Position numbers and translations under genes: made by a program
The notes under the pieces: model-generated
What the model was told of the DNA's origin: nothing
The model's input: the letters and a program-made list of their open reading frames with translations, nothing else
Database searches by the model: none
Origin: a candidate division WOR-3 bacterium
Lineage (GTDB): Bacteria; Hydrothermota; Tepidihabitantia; SM23-42; JAOAFX01
Direction of reading: 5' to 3'
DNA: 29,317 bases
NCBI GenBank assembly: GCA_039802265.1
Contig: JBDRWI010000026.1
Coordinates: forward strand, 1 to 29,317
In this document: in pieces, positions 9,016 to 18,766 of the stretch
How positions within the stretch are numbered: the first letter of the stretch is position 1
Layout of the letters: every line of letters starts with the position of its first letter

Positions 9016-9869
9016 CCCGGATAAGTGCCTTTGCTAAGGTAAATTTAGGCTTAAAGATTCTAAACAAACGAGAGGATGGGTATCATAATATTGAGACAAC
9101 TCTTACAACGGTCAGTTTGAGTGACAAATTATTGATAGAAAAGTCTTTAGAGGGCATAACAGTTGTCTGTCCTGCTTTAAAGATACCAGCCGAAGAAAAT
9201 TTATGCTATAAGGCTGCAAAGTTGTTTTTAAGTTACTATAACCTGCAAGAAGGAGTAAAAATAACAATTCAAAAGAATATCCCGGTAGGGGGTGGGCTGG
9301 GTGGTGGTTCGTCAGATGCTGCCGGGGTTATTAAAGGGCTGGCTCAATTATTTGCTCTCAAACCTTCTTATGAAGAGATGATAAACCTCGCCAAACAGAT
9401 TGGTTGTGATGTTCCGTTTTTTTTAACAGGCGGCGCGGCTTATGCTCGGGGCAGGGGTGATGAGTTGAAATTTTTTAAACTTCCCAAGATGTCACTGATT
9501 ATATATTACCCGGGTTATCCAATCTCTACAAAATGGGCTTACGAGGAATACGACCGCCTGGTCTTGACACAAACACCAATTCTGGGTAATATAACACCTG
9601 AGGAGAAGAGAAAGAAGGCAAGGACGGGATTTTCACTCGATAATGATTTTGAAAAGGTTGTCTTTAAGGCACACCCCGATTTATTGGATGTGAAGAGTAA
9701 TCTTTTAAATGCCGGCGCGTTTATGGTTTCTTTATCGGGAAGTGGTTCCTGTCTTTTTGCGGTTGTTGATGAGCATACTAAAAAGAAGGTAATTAAATAT
9801 CTGTCAGGCATTGGCGCAGTGTATTTTGAAGCCGAAACCGTACCAGCGTCTATGCCCAATAACTACTAA
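9012..9869 (+). CDS. ispE: 4-diphosphocytidyl-2-C-methyl-D-erythritol kinase
   Basis: AKVNLGLKI...[35 protein letters not shown] and LSGSGS motifs. Confidence 0.96.
   Translation: MTRISAFAKVNLGLKILNKREDGYHNIETTLTTVSLSDKLLIEKSLEGITVVCPALKIPAEENLCYKAAKLFLSYYNLQEGVKITIQKNIPVGGGLGGGSSDAAGVIKGLAQLFALKPSYEEMINLAKQIGCDVPFFLTGGAAYARGRGDELKFFKLPKMSLIIYYPGYPISTKWAYEEYDRLVLTQTPILGNITPEEKRKKARTGFSLDNDFEKVVFKAHPDLLDVKSNLLNAGAFMVSLSGSGSCLFAVVDEHTKKKVIKYLSGIGAVYFEAETVPASMPNNY
9564..9592 (+). promoter_or_regulatory. Putative promoter inside ispE serving tRNA-Gln/prs/rplY
   Basis: TTGACA (9564-9569)-N17-TAATAT (9587-9592) within the variable [10 protein letters not shown] loop of IspE, about 290 bp upstream of the tRNA. 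Confidence 0.55.
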
Positions 9870-9879
9870 CTATCTTTCC

Positions 9880-9950
9880 TGGGGCGTCGTCTAATGGCAG
9901 GACCCAGGATTTTGGATCCTGTTGCGGAGGTTCGACTCCTCCCGCCCCAG
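9880..9950 (+). tRNA. tRNA-Gln (anticodon TTG), CCA not encoded
   Basis: Acceptor stem TGGGGCG/CGCCCCA, anticodon arm CAGGA-TT TTG GA-TCCTG (anticodon 9912-9914), T arm GGAGG-TTCGACT-CCTCC. Classic ispE-tRNA-Gln-prs position. Confidence 0.96.
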
Positions 9951-9978
9951 TTTTGCTTGTCTTGAATTGAGGGTAAAA

Positions 9979-10929
9979 ATGGCTGAGATAATGTTATTTG
10001 CGGGTACTACCAGTGCCCAGTTAACAAGGGAGATATCTGAAAGGATCGGGGTACCGGTCAGTAAAAGCTCGGTGACAAAATTCGCCGATGGCGAACTGAA
10101 GATAAAGATTGAAGAAAATATCCGGGGGCAGGATGTATTTGTTGTCCAGACAACAAACCCACCTGCGGAAAATATTCTTGAATTACTACTCTTTTTAGAT
10201 GCCGCAAAGAGGGCCTCAGCGGAAAGAATTACCGCGGTGATTCCCTATTTTGGATATGCCCGCCAGGACCGGAAGGATGAACCAAGGGTACCCATCTCGG
10301 CAAAGTTGATTGCCAATTTATTGAGTGCGAGTGGGGCAAATAGGATACTGACTATGGACCTGCATGCCGAACAGATTCAGGGTTTCTTTGATATACCGGT
10401 TGATCATTTGTATGCTGCGCCGGTTTTTATTGAATACTATTCCCGGCGCAGTCTCTCTGATTACGTAATTGTCTCCCCGGATGCAGGCAGGGTAAATCGG
10501 GTAAGGGCATTTGCCCGACGCCTGGGAAAGGATGTACCGATCGCAATAATTGATAAACGGCGAACCGGACCGAATCAGGCGATAGTTTTGAATGTCATTG
10601 GTGAGGTAAAAGGAAAGAATGCGATTATTTATGATGATATGATTGATACGGGGGGAACAATCGTGGAGGCGAGTGAGGCGCTCTATAATAATGGGGCAAA
10701 AGAGATATATGCCTGCGTTGTCCATCCACTCTTCTCAAGGGACTGCTCAACCCGGGTCCTTAATTCTCATATTCAAGAAATCGTCGTGACCAATACCCTT
10801 TCTATTGCTCCGGAAAAATTAAATCCAAAAATTAAAATCATTTCTATCGCCGGTCTTCTGGCCGAGGCAATAAAAAGGATTCACAAAAATGAGTCAATAA
10901 GTTCTTTGTTCAGGGAGGTTGAAGAATGA
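9979..10929 (+). CDS. prs: Ribose-phosphate pyrophosphokinase
   Basis: FADGE, PYFGYARQDRK, DLHAEQIQGFF, VSPDAG and DDMIDTGGT motifs. Start moved to ATG 9979 because the track start (9922) lies inside the tRNA. Confidence 0.97.
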   Translation: MAEIMLFAGTTSAQLTREISERIGVPVSKSSVTKFADGELKIKIEENIRGQDVFVVQTTNPPAENILELLLFLDAAKRASAERITAVIPYFGYARQDRKDEPRVPISAKLIANLLSASGANRILTMDLHAEQIQGFFDIPVDHLYAAPVFIEYYSRRSLSDYVIVSPDAGRVNRVRAFARRLGKDVPIAIIDKRRTGPNQAIVLNVIGEVKGKNAIIYDDMIDTGGTIVEASEALYNNGAKEIYACVVHPLFSRDCSTRVLNSHIQEIVVTNTLSIAPEKLNPKIKIISIAGLLAEAIKRIHKNESISSLFREVEE

Positions 10930-11588
10930 AACTGGAACTTGTCGGTTACTTATATGAAAGGAACAAAAAAGGCGATGTCAAGCGAATCCGCCGCGAAGGT
11001 AAAATTCCGGGGGTTTTGTATGGCCATAAAGAGCAAAGCAAAAGAATCTATGTTCAGGAAAGAGATTTTAAAAAAATCCTTGAGGTATTAAAAAAAGAGA
11101 CGGTAACCATAGAGTTGAAGATAGACAACGAGAGTTTTCCCTGTCTGATAAAATCCATTCAACAAAATCCGATAACTGGCCGGCTATTACATATTGACTT
11201 TCAACATATCAGTAAAAAGGAGAAGATAAAGGCAACGATTCCAATCCATCTGGTTGGTGAGGCACCCGGTGTTAAGAAGGGTGGACTCCTTGACCAGCAC
11301 CTTTATGAGGTGACTATTCGCTGTTTCATTGACCGGATGCCATCACATATTGATGTTGATATCTCAAATCTTGAACTCGGAAAGACCATTCACCTAAAGG
11401 ATATCATGTTGCCGGATGTTGAATTTGAGGCAAAGCCTGATACACCGGTGGTTTCTGTACTTGCCTTAAAGAAAGTAGAGGCCGCAAAGCCGGCACCAGA
11501 GGTGCCAGTAGAAGGGGCAAAAGAGGCAGCGCCAAAAGAAGAAGAGGTGAAAGAAGAAAAGGCACCAGATAAAAAAGAAGAAAAATAG
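10926..11588 (+). CDS. rplY: 50S ribosomal protein L25/Ctc (long form)
   Basis: RREGKIPGVLYG, LHIDF, GEAPGVKKGG, IDVDISNLELG and acidic/Lys-rich tail; follows prs. Confidence 0.95.
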   Translation: MKLELVGYLYERNKKGDVKRIRREGKIPGVLYGHKEQSKRIYVQERDFKKILEVLKKETVTIELKIDNESFPCLIKSIQQNPITGRLLHIDFQHISKKEKIKATIPIHLVGEAPGVKKGGLLDQHLYEVTIRCFIDRMPSHIDVDISNLELGKTIHLKDIMLPDVEFEAKPDTPVVSVLALKKVEAAKPAPEVPVEGAKEAAPKEEEVKEEKAPDKKEEK

Positions 11589-11616
11589 CCCAAGTGGCTT
11601 ATAAAAAGGAGCAGCG

Positions 11617-13113
11617 ATGAAAGAATATAAAAACTTTATAAATGGTAAATTTGTTGATTCAAAATCGGGAAAGACCTTTGAGGATAGAAATCCGGCAAAC
11701 TGGGACGAGGTCATCGGAATATTTCCAAAGTCAAATATTGAAGACCTAAATGAGGCAGTGGAGGCAGCCAAAAAGGCATATCCCAAATGGCGCTCTATTC
11801 CGATTCCTAAAAGGGCAGAAATAATGCGTAGGGCAGCAGAGATAATGATTGCAAAAAAAGAAGAGGCGGCAAGGCTTATGACGCGCGAAATGGGTAAGGT
11901 AATAAAGGAGACAAGAGGCGATTATCAGGAAGGTATTGACACCGCCTTATTTGCTGCAGGTCAGGGGCGCCGGTACTTTGGTTATACTGTTCCTTCAGAA
12001 TTGCCTGACAAGATCTGCTTTACGCGCCGGGACCCAATGGGTGTCTGGGGTTTGATTACTCCCTGGAACTTCCCGGTAGCGATTCCCTCCTGGAAGATAT
12101 TCCCCTGCATCTTAAGCGGGAATACGGCAGTGATAAAACCCGCAACCGATACCCCGGCATCAGCCGGTGAATTAGTTCAGGTACTTTATGAGGCAGGACT
12201 GCCCGAGGGGGTGCTGAATATTGTCTATGGGGGCGGTGGAGAGATCGGCGAAGGGATGCTCAACCATCCGGATATTGTTGGTATTTCATTTACCGGCTCC
12301 TCAGAAATAGGCAGGAGGATCGGTGAGGTTTGTGGTAAAACACTGAAGAGATGTTCACTGGAACTGGGTGGCAAAAATGGACAGGTTGTGCTTGCCGATG
12401 CCAACCTTGACCTGGCAATAGAAGGAGTACTATGGGGTGCCTTCGGAACAACCGGACAGCGTTGCACCGCCACCTCAAGGCTTATCCTGGAAGAACCAAT
12501 TTATGATAAATTTATTGAGATGCTTAAATACCGGGTGGAGAAATTGAAATTAGGTAATGGACTTGACGAAACTGTAGATGTTGGACCACTGGTAAGCAAG
12601 TCCCAGCTTGAAACTGTGGCAAGTTATGTTGAGATCGGAAAAAGAGAAGGAGCAAAATTATTGACTGGCGGCGAGAGATATTTAGAGGGTGAATGTGCCA
12701 AGGGTTGGTTTTACAAACCTACCGTCTTCATTGATGTCCTGCCCACGATGAGAATTGCCCAGGAGGAGATATTTGGACCGGTCCTTTCTGTAATAAAGGC
12801 AAGAAATTTCCAGGAGGCGATTGAGATCCTCAATGGAACAACATATGGTCTGTCTTCCAGTATCTATACTAATGATTTAAACAGGGCACAGAAGGCGATT
12901 GAACTTGCCCAGACCGGAATTGTCTATATCAATGCGCCAACTATTGGGGCTGAATGTCATCTTCCTTTTGGCGGAATGAAAAACACCGGCAACGGCCATC
13001 GTGAAGGAGGCTGGACTGCCTATGAGATATTCACCGAGGTGAAGACCGTATATATTGACTACTCAGGGCAACTGCAAAAGGCACAGATTGATACCTGGAA
13101 GAAGGATGGTTGA
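11617..13113 (+). CDS. NAD(P)-dependent aldehyde (semialdehyde) dehydrogenase
   Basis: ITPWNFP, SFTGS, catalytic Glu in LELGGKN, catalytic Cys in GQRCTA, EEIFGP, and PFGG.K.TGNGHREGG. Confidence 0.95.
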   Translation: MKEYKNFINGKFVDSKSGKTFEDRNPANWDEVIGIFPKSNIEDLNEAVEAAKKAYPKWRSIPIPKRAEIMRRAAEIMIAKKEEAARLMTREMGKVIKETRGDYQEGIDTALFAAGQGRRYFGYTVPSELPDKICFTRRDPMGVWGLITPWNFPVAIPSWKIFPCILSGNTAVIKPATDTPASAGELVQVLYEAGLPEGVLNIVYGGGGEIGEGMLNHPDIVGISFTGSSEIGRRIGEVCGKTLKRCSLELGGKNGQVVLADANLDLAIEGVLWGAFGTTGQRCTATSRLILEEPIYDKFIEMLKYRVEKLKLGNGLDETVDVGPLVSKSQLETVASYVEIGKREGAKLLTGGERYLEGECAKGWFYKPTVFIDVLPTMRIAQEEIFGPVLSVIKARNFQEAIEILNGTTYGLSSSIYTNDLNRAQKAIELAQTGIVYINAPTIGAECHLPFGGMKNTGNGHREGGWTAYEIFTEVKTVYIDYSGQLQKAQIDTWKKDG

Positions 13114-13193
13114 TGGGTTAAGAGCTGAATAATAAAAATAACAAAAAACTCCCAAACATCTAAATGCCTAATAAAGGGTAAGAAAGGAGTTTT

Positions 13194-14522
13194 ATGAGAA
13201 AACCGAAGATAGTTACTGAACTTCCTGGACCAAAGGCAAGGGTTCTTCTCAAAAAAGACGCAAAATTTATTTCTCCCTCCTATACCCGGTCCTATCCGGC
13301 AGTTATTGAACAGGGTAAAGGGGTGTGGGTTAAGGATGTTGATGGAAATGAATTTTTGGATTTCACCTCCGGAATTGCAGTTCTTTCAACCGGACACTGC
13401 CATCCTGAGGTTGTTGAGGTAATAAAAAGGCAAGTTGAGCGTTTGATTCATATGTCGGGAACAGACTTCTATTATCCATACCAGATTGAACTTGCCGAAA
13501 AACTTGCCGAGATCGTTCCGGGAGGGAAAAATAAGAAGGTCTTTTTCGGAAACTCAGGTGCTGAGGCAGTAGAATGCGCAATGAAACTTGCCCGATATAT
13601 CAAAAGGAGGCCGCGCTACATAGCATTTACCGGTGCATTCCATGGTCGGACCTTTGGTGCATTATCCCTCACTTCATCAAAGGCGGGGCAGCGCCGGTTT
13701 TTTGGTCCTTTGTTACCCGATGTGACGCATGTTCCCTATGCCTATTGTTACCGTTGTCCATTCAATCTCTCCTATCCCTCCTGTGCTCTGGAATGCGTGA
13801 AGTATATAGAAGAGGTCGTCTTCAAAAAGATCGCACCACCCGAGGAAATTTCAGCAATATTTGTTGAACCAATACAGGGTGAAGGTGGATATGTAGTGCC
13901 ACCTAAGGGATTCTTACCGGCACTCCGTGATTTATGCAGCAAGTATGAGATATTACTGGTTGATGATGAAGTTCAGGCCGGAATGGGAAGAACCGGAAGG
14001 ATGTTCGCAATTGAGCATTATAACACCAAGGCCGATATGTACTGCATTGCCAAGGGGATTGCCTCGGGACTGCCCCTTGGAGTATGCGTTGCCAATGCCG
14101 GTTTGATGGAATGGCCACCCGGCGCCCATGCCTCAACCTTTGGTGGGAATCCTGTCTCCTGCACTGCAGCCATGAAGACCATTGAACTATTGGAAAATGG
14201 GTTGATTGATAATGCCGCAAGACTCGGTGAGATTGCACTGAAGAGATTGAATGAATTAAAAGAAAGATATGAATTTATCGGTGATGTCCGGGGAAAGGGA
14301 TTGATGATAGGAGTGGAGTTTGTTGCTGATAAAAAATCAAAGACCCCGATAAAAGATAGAAGGGATGCAGTTGTTTATGAGGCATTCAAGCAGGGACTCT
14401 TATTGCTTGGGGCAGGTGAGAGTGCAGTAAGAATAATACCGCCTCTGGTGATAAGCGAAGAGGAACTCCAGGTCGGGCTTGATATCTTCGAGAGTGTATT
14501 AAAAAAGGTATTTAAGATTTAA
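13194..14522 (+). CDS. Class III PLP aminotransferase (4-aminobutyrate/ornithine/lysine omega-aminotransferase-like)
   Basis: NSGAEAVE, FHGRT, EPIQGEGG, DEVQAGMGRTG, PLP-Lys in IAKG, STFGGNP and RGKGLMIG motifs. Confidence 0.92.
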   Translation: MRKPKIVTELPGPKARVLLKKDAKFISPSYTRSYPAVIEQGKGVWVKDVDGNEFLDFTSGIAVLSTGHCHPEVVEVIKRQVERLIHMSGTDFYYPYQIELAEKLAEIVPGGKNKKVFFGNSGAEAVECAMKLARYIKRRPRYIAFTGAFHGRTFGALSLTSSKAGQRRFFGPLLPDVTHVPYAYCYRCPFNLSYPSCALECVKYIEEVVFKKIAPPEEISAIFVEPIQGEGGYVVPPKGFLPALRDLCSKYEILLVDDEVQAGMGRTGRMFAIEHYNTKADMYCIAKGIASGLPLGVCVANAGLMEWPPGAHASTFGGNPVSCTAAMKTIELLENGLIDNAARLGEIALKRLNELKERYEFIGDVRGKGLMIGVEFVADKKSKTPIKDRRDAVVYEAFKQGLLLLGAGESAVRIIPPLVISEEELQVGLDIFESVLKKVFKI

Positions 14523-14653
14523 AGTAAACATTTTCGGCCTGGCTAAAAATATTTAATTTTGATATCCACTGGAAAAGGCACAACTCTTAATGCGGTTAAC
14601 TTTATCCGAGTTTTTAAAAAAAAGATCCAAATTAAAATTGGGGATGATTCAAA

Positions 14654-14684
14654 TTTAAAGGGGGCTTTTTAAGCCCCCTTTAAA
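14654..14684. terminator. Hairpin between convergent genes, probable bidirectional terminator
   Basis: 14-bp stem TTTAAAGGGGGCTT-ttt-AAGCCCCCTTTAAA. Confidence 0.75.
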
Positions 14685-14708
14685 GAAACCTCGTGGCAAT
14701 ATCCCGTG

Positions 14709-15200
14709 TTATGGTGTTCTATAAAAACCAAACCAGCACCGGGCAGTATCGCAGGTTCCGTCACCATAGTCATCATAAGAAATGAATTGCAAGAGTGCCT
14801 TGGCATTGTTAGCAGGTTTATTCAACATATAACCAACCACTGTATCAACAGGTAGCGGGATTTCTTCAATCACTGTGGTATCCACTTCTTCCGGGTCAAC
14901 AATTCCCTTAATCTTAACATACATCGGGACTTCTATTGGACCAAGGAATCTTTCCTTTCCATCCGATGAGTAATATTCCAGGACCATTCTATCAATTACG
15001 CAATCAACAGAGTTCCTCGGCACGAAGTGAATCTCCTCAATTTTAATCGAAGCCCTGACCAAAGAGTCAATATCAATATAGGCCGCAATTGGTTTTATAT
15101 AGGTAATATCTATATCCGGCCTCACCTTCACCGATTCCTTGGTAAAATCGCAGGCAACGAAGATAAAAAGGCAAGCCATTAAGGCAAAAATCTTTTTCAT
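14709..15200 (-). CDS. Hypothetical lipoprotein
   Basis: MKK plus hydrophobic core plus lipobox FVAC; AGGAGG RBS; own promoter. No family recognised. Confidence 0.75.
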   Translation of the reverse strand: MKKIFALMACLFIFVACDFTKESVKVRPDIDITYIKPIAAYIDIDSLVRASIKIEEIHFVPRNSVDCVIDRMVLEYYSSDGKERFLGPIEVPMYVKIKGIVDPEEVDTTVIEEIPLPVDTVVGYMLNKPANNAKALLQFISYDDYGDGTCDTARCWFGFYRTP

Positions 15201-15223
15201 CAAACCTCCTTTATAATCTTACT

Positions 15224-15251
15224 ATTTTATCCAATATTTCCCATTTGTCAA
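15224..15251 (-). promoter_or_regulatory. sigma70-type promoter of the lipoprotein gene
   Basis: Minus strand TTGACA-N16-TAAAAT, then a short leader with AGGAGG. Confidence 0.75.
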
Positions 15252-15258
15252 GTGGGAT

Positions 15259-16515
15259 TCAAGATCTATCAATAGAATCTCCCGATTTGATTATCCGAAG
15301 GTAAGAGTTGGTCAAATCAACATCGGGATGAATGGTGCAATTTTTACCGATCACCATCCTGGACGGTATCTTTGCACCTTTACCGATGACACTGAGTTCA
15401 GTTTCAATTGATAATCTCTCTGGTTTTTCTCCAACACCGATTTTTACCTGGTCACCGATTTTGACATTTTTATCAATTATTGCTTTCTCAAGAAATGCCC
15501 CCTTTCCAATCTCTGTATTGTGGAAGACCACCGAATCCTTTATTATTGTCTCTGGACCAATCTTCACACCGGGCGAGAGAATTGAATTTAATACCGCCCC
15601 CTCAATTTCACAACCCGAGGAGATAAGAGAATTTTTTATCTTTGCATTTTTTCCGATGTATATCGGTGGTCGGTCACCAATCTCACCCTTTACTGAAAGG
15701 TTTGTTTTTATTCCCCATCTTTCTATATCCAGTCCTGAGTTGATATCAAGGAGGTCCATATTTGCCCGCCAGTATGCAGGGACTGTCCCGACATCCCGCC
15801 AATATCCCTTAAACTCATAGCCAAAGACTTTCTTTTTCTCAAGCATCATTGGAATAACATTTCGCGCAAAATCAGTTCCGCCCCTTTTTGCTGACTCAAT
15901 CAGCGTCTCCTTTAGAATTTCTTTTTTAAATAGATAGACTCCCATTGAGGCAAGGTTTGACCTTGGTTTTTTGGGCTTTTCTTCCCAGTCAATGATTCTA
16001 TTTTCCTTGTCAATGAGTGCGATTCCAAAGTTGTGTGCCTCTTCTTCAGGAACACCTATCAGGCAGACTATACCATCGGCATCTTTTTTTTGTTGATAAA
16101 GAATCAGTTCTTCATAGTTCATATAGTAGATATGGTCACCGGACACGACCAAGACCAATTCAGGAGAAAAATCTTCAATAAAACCGAGATTCTGATATAC
16201 CGCGTCCGATGTTCCTTTATACCAGTCAGAACTTTCTTCCCCGGTCTTGGGCGGAAGGATTTCAACAAGGCGCGTTCTACCAAATAAATCCCAGGGACGG
16301 CCATTGTCAATATGCTCCATCAGTGATAGTGGTTTATACTGGGTTAATACCCCCACGACATCAATACCCGAATTGGCGATGTTGCTCATCGTGAAGTCTA
16401 TTATCCGATATATTCCCCCAAACGGAATTGCTGGTTTTGCCCGCTTCTTGGCTAAAATTCCCAGCCGGGAACCTACACCACCGGCCAAGAGCATTGCAAT
16501 AATCTCTTTTTTCAT
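15259..16515 (-). CDS. glgC: Glucose-1-phosphate adenylyltransferase
   Basis: LAGGVGSRL...RAKPAIPFGGIYRIIDF, WYKGT, SGDHIY, EEKP, ASMGVY, YWRDVGT and a C-terminal beta-helix. Confidence 0.93.
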   Translation of the reverse strand: MKKEIIAMLLAGGVGSRLGILAKKRAKPAIPFGGIYRIIDFTMSNIANSGIDVVGVLTQYKPLSLMEHIDNGRPWDLFGRTRLVEILPPKTGEESSDWYKGTSDAVYQNLGFIEDFSPELVLVVSGDHIYYMNYEELILYQQKKDADGIVCLIGVPEEEAHNFGIALIDKENRIIDWEEKPKKPRSNLASMGVYLFKKEILKETLIESAKRGGTDFARNVIPMMLEKKKVFGYEFKGYWRDVGTVPAYWRANMDLLDINSGLDIERWGIKTNLSVKGEIGDRPPIYIGKNAKIKNSLISSGCEIEGAVLNSILSPGVKIGPETIIKDSVVFHNTEIGKGAFLEKAIIDKNVKIGDQVKIGVGEKPERLSIETELSVIGKGAKIPSRMVIGKNCTIHPDVDLTNSYLRIIKSGDSIDRS

Positions 16516-17750
16516 CTCAATGTGCTTCCCGGGGGTATTTCTTTTTCTTTGATCGTACCCGTGGAATAGACCACTGTATTGGCGCCGATCTTCGTTCGGG
16601 GTGGAACAAAGACTCTTTTTCCCAGGACTGTAATACCTGATTTTAATAAATCACCGAATTCTTTTGAAGGAATTTCAAATCCAGTAGTTCCAATTGATGC
16701 AGACTCACCAATTTCTACATTCTTATCGCAGATAACATTCTTAAGATAGACATTTTTTTCAATTTTTGTATTATGAAGAATTATTGAATTGACCACGCAG
16801 GCTCCTTCTTTCACTACAACTCCTGGCGAAAGGATAGAATTCCTAACCGTTCCGTTGATAATACAACCATCACCAATTGCCGAATTTTTAATGTCTCCAG
16901 AAATTCGCGCCGGGATTCGGTCTTGATGTTCACATCCCTCTATCAAATTTGTTCTTACTGGCCAGTTTCGCATTAAATCTTTATTTTTTAAATAGTCCAT
17001 ATTGGTTTTAAAATACATATCAATTGTCCGGGCATATCCCCAGAAGTCGTTAAACCGGTAGCCATATATTCTTGGCCTTCCCGCTAATTTGGCTATGATA
17101 TCCCGACCAAATTCGTGAGAATTCTCACGGGCATTTTCCTTGAGTAATTCCAGCAGTAACTCAGTTTGAAAGAGATATACGGTCATAGATACCAAATTGG
17201 AGGGTGGCTCCTTTGGTTTTTCCTGATAATCTACCAGCCTATTCATTTTATCAAGTATGCCGTATCCAAACCAGGGTGTTTTTTGTTTTACTCTGGTAAA
17301 GCAGATGGTTACAAGCGCATCATTTTCAATGTGGTATCTGTACAAAAGCCGGTAATCAAAATGGTAGATATGGTCGGCCGCGGCAATAAGAACATATCTG
17401 GGCTTAAACTCTTCAATATATGAGATATTCTGGAATACTGCATCGGCGGTACCCTTGTACCAGTCAGATTCTTTAATTCCCTGGTATGGGGGGAGTATTC
17501 GGATTCCCCTCTTTCGACCAATAAAGTCCCAGTGCTCACCACTCCCAATATGGCGCATTAGACTGTAAGGACGATACTGGGAAAGGATACCCACATTATC
17601 AATACCAGAAATCATCATATTGCTGAGAACAAAGTCTATAAAGCGATAGATACCAAATATCGGAACCGCTGCCTTTGGTCGCTTTTCCGTGAGGGTGAGT
17701 AATTCGTCAACCCTGCCTCCCGCCAGGATCATTGCCAGGACATCATTCAT
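16512..17750 (-). CDS. Divergent ADP-glucose pyrophosphorylase paralog (GlgD-like subunit)
   Basis: Same fold as GlgC, but the Gly-rich loop reads LAGGRVDEL (no GxRL Arg), RPKAAV replaces RAKPAV, and FWGYART replaces YWxDxGT. ATGA overlap with glgC. Confidence 0.8.
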   Translation of the reverse strand: MNDVLAMILAGGRVDELLTLTEKRPKAAVPIFGIYRFIDFVLSNMMISGIDNVGILSQYRPYSLMRHIGSGEHWDFIGRKRGIRILPPYQGIKESDWYKGTADAVFQNISYIEEFKPRYVLIAAADHIYHFDYRLLYRYHIENDALVTICFTRVKQKTPWFGYGILDKMNRLVDYQEKPKEPPSNLVSMTVYLFQTELLLELLKENARENSHEFGRDIIAKLAGRPRIYGYRFNDFWGYARTIDMYFKTNMDYLKNKDLMRNWPVRTNLIEGCEHQDRIPARISGDIKNSAIGDGCIINGTVRNSILSPGVVVKEGACVVNSIILHNTKIEKNVYLKNVICDKNVEIGESASIGTTGFEIPSKEFGDLLKSGITVLGKRVFVPPRTKIGANTVVYSTGTIKEKEIPPGSTLR

Positions 17751-17771
17751 AATTGGTGTTAAATGAGCTTA

Positions 17772-18692
17772 TCAATCAAATACGATCTCTGCAGGGTGAA
17801 TATAGTTAACAGGATTTACCTTTATGCCTGAGACATGAACTTCATAGTGAAGATGGGGGCAGGTCGTCCTTCCGGTTCTGCCTACCAGGGCAATTACCTG
17901 ACCCCGTTTCACCAGGTCTCCAGCCTTAACCAGGATTTTTGAACAATGGGCGTACCGGCTTAAAAATCCGTAGCCGTGATCTATATCTACTACATAACCA
18001 TAGCCCATATTCCAGTCAGCATAAACAACAACACCCTCGGCACTGGCCAGGATTGGTGTTCCAGTCGGTGCACCCAGGTCAATGCCCTCGTGCATTTTGA
18101 CCGTGCCGTCTATCGGGTCCACCCGATAACCAAATCCGGAGCCGACCACTGTCCCCGGGACCGGATTTATTGAGGGAATGTGTTTCCAGAGGTCAAATTT
18201 TTTGTTTATCTCATCTTCCATCTCCATTAAACTTCTGCATCTGAGGTTCATTTGTCCCCGTAGCCTATCTACAGATTGATAAAGATTATCTAAGATTCGG
18301 GCGGTCGGTTCAGCGATTCCATCCGGTATTCTACTTGTTTTACTACCTCCAACTCCCATTGCCCAGATGTCCGGTGCAATCTGGGCAATTTGGAGAAATG
18401 AACGTTCGCGGCTATCCTGAACAATCTGTTTTTCGATTTCCTTTTCAAATTCAATTAATGTTGCCTTCAAATTCTGTAGCTTGGATAATAATTTTTCATT
18501 CTCCTGTTCTGCCAGTTTTATCTTCACTTCAGTGATGGTAAAACGGGTGTTTTGAATAAAAAAGAAAATTGCACCAGCACTCAAGATAAAGAAGAGTGTA
18601 GAAATAATTATAACAGTTTTTAACGAAATTTTAAAACTATAGCAAAAATTGTATCTTTTGGAAAGCAGGATTATATCCAAATTCCCTTTCAT
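17772..18692 (-). CDS. M23 family metallopeptidase (N-terminal TM + coiled coil + LytM domain)
   Basis: HEGIDL, YAH and PHLHYEV motifs. Start reassigned to ATG 18692 because the track GTG (18716) lies inside the promoter. Confidence 0.92.
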   Translation of the reverse strand: MKGNLDIILLSKRYNFCYSFKISLKTVIIISTLFFILSAGAIFFFIQNTRFTITEVKIKLAEQENEKLLSKLQNLKATLIEFEKEIEKQIVQDSRERSFLQIAQIAPDIWAMGVGGSKTSRIPDGIAEPTARILDNLYQSVDRLRGQMNLRCRSLMEMEDEINKKFDLWKHIPSINPVPGTVVGSGFGYRVDPIDGTVKMHEGIDLGAPTGTPILASAEGVVVYADWNMGYGYVVDIDHGYGFLSRYAHCSKILVKAGDLVKRGQVIALVGRTGRTTCPHLHYEVHVSGIKVNPVNYIHPAEIVFD

Positions 18693-18701
18693 AACATTGT
18701 A

Positions 18702-18729
18702 ATTATAATCATCCACCTCAATTTGTCAA
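18702..18729 (-). promoter_or_regulatory. sigma70-type promoter of M23-glgD-like-glgC (near-leaderless)
   Basis: Minus strand perfect TTGACA-N16-TATAAT; 9 nt to ATG 18692. Confidence 0.8.
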
Positions 18730-18733
18730 GGAC

Positions 18734-18761
18734 TTGCATTTTAGAGAATTTTTTTTATAAT
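18734..18761 (+). promoter_or_regulatory. sigma70-type promoter of the der operon (apparently leaderless)
   Basis: TTGCAT (18734-18739)-N16-TATAAT (18756-18761); 5 nt to ATG 18767; no SD. Confidence 0.7.
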
Positions 18762-18766
18762 TTTAT

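Noticed and set aside
9922..9978. Track N-terminal extension of prs
   Set aside because: It overlaps tRNA-Gln; the family-like sequence begins at ATG 9979.
11470..11588. Low-complexity purine-rich repeats at the rplY 3' end
   Set aside because: They encode the usual Glu/Lys/Ala/Pro-rich tail of long-form L25/Ctc.
13100..13175. Weak 8-nt periodicity between ALDH and the aminotransferase
   Set aside because: Too degenerate and short to distinguish from AT-rich background.
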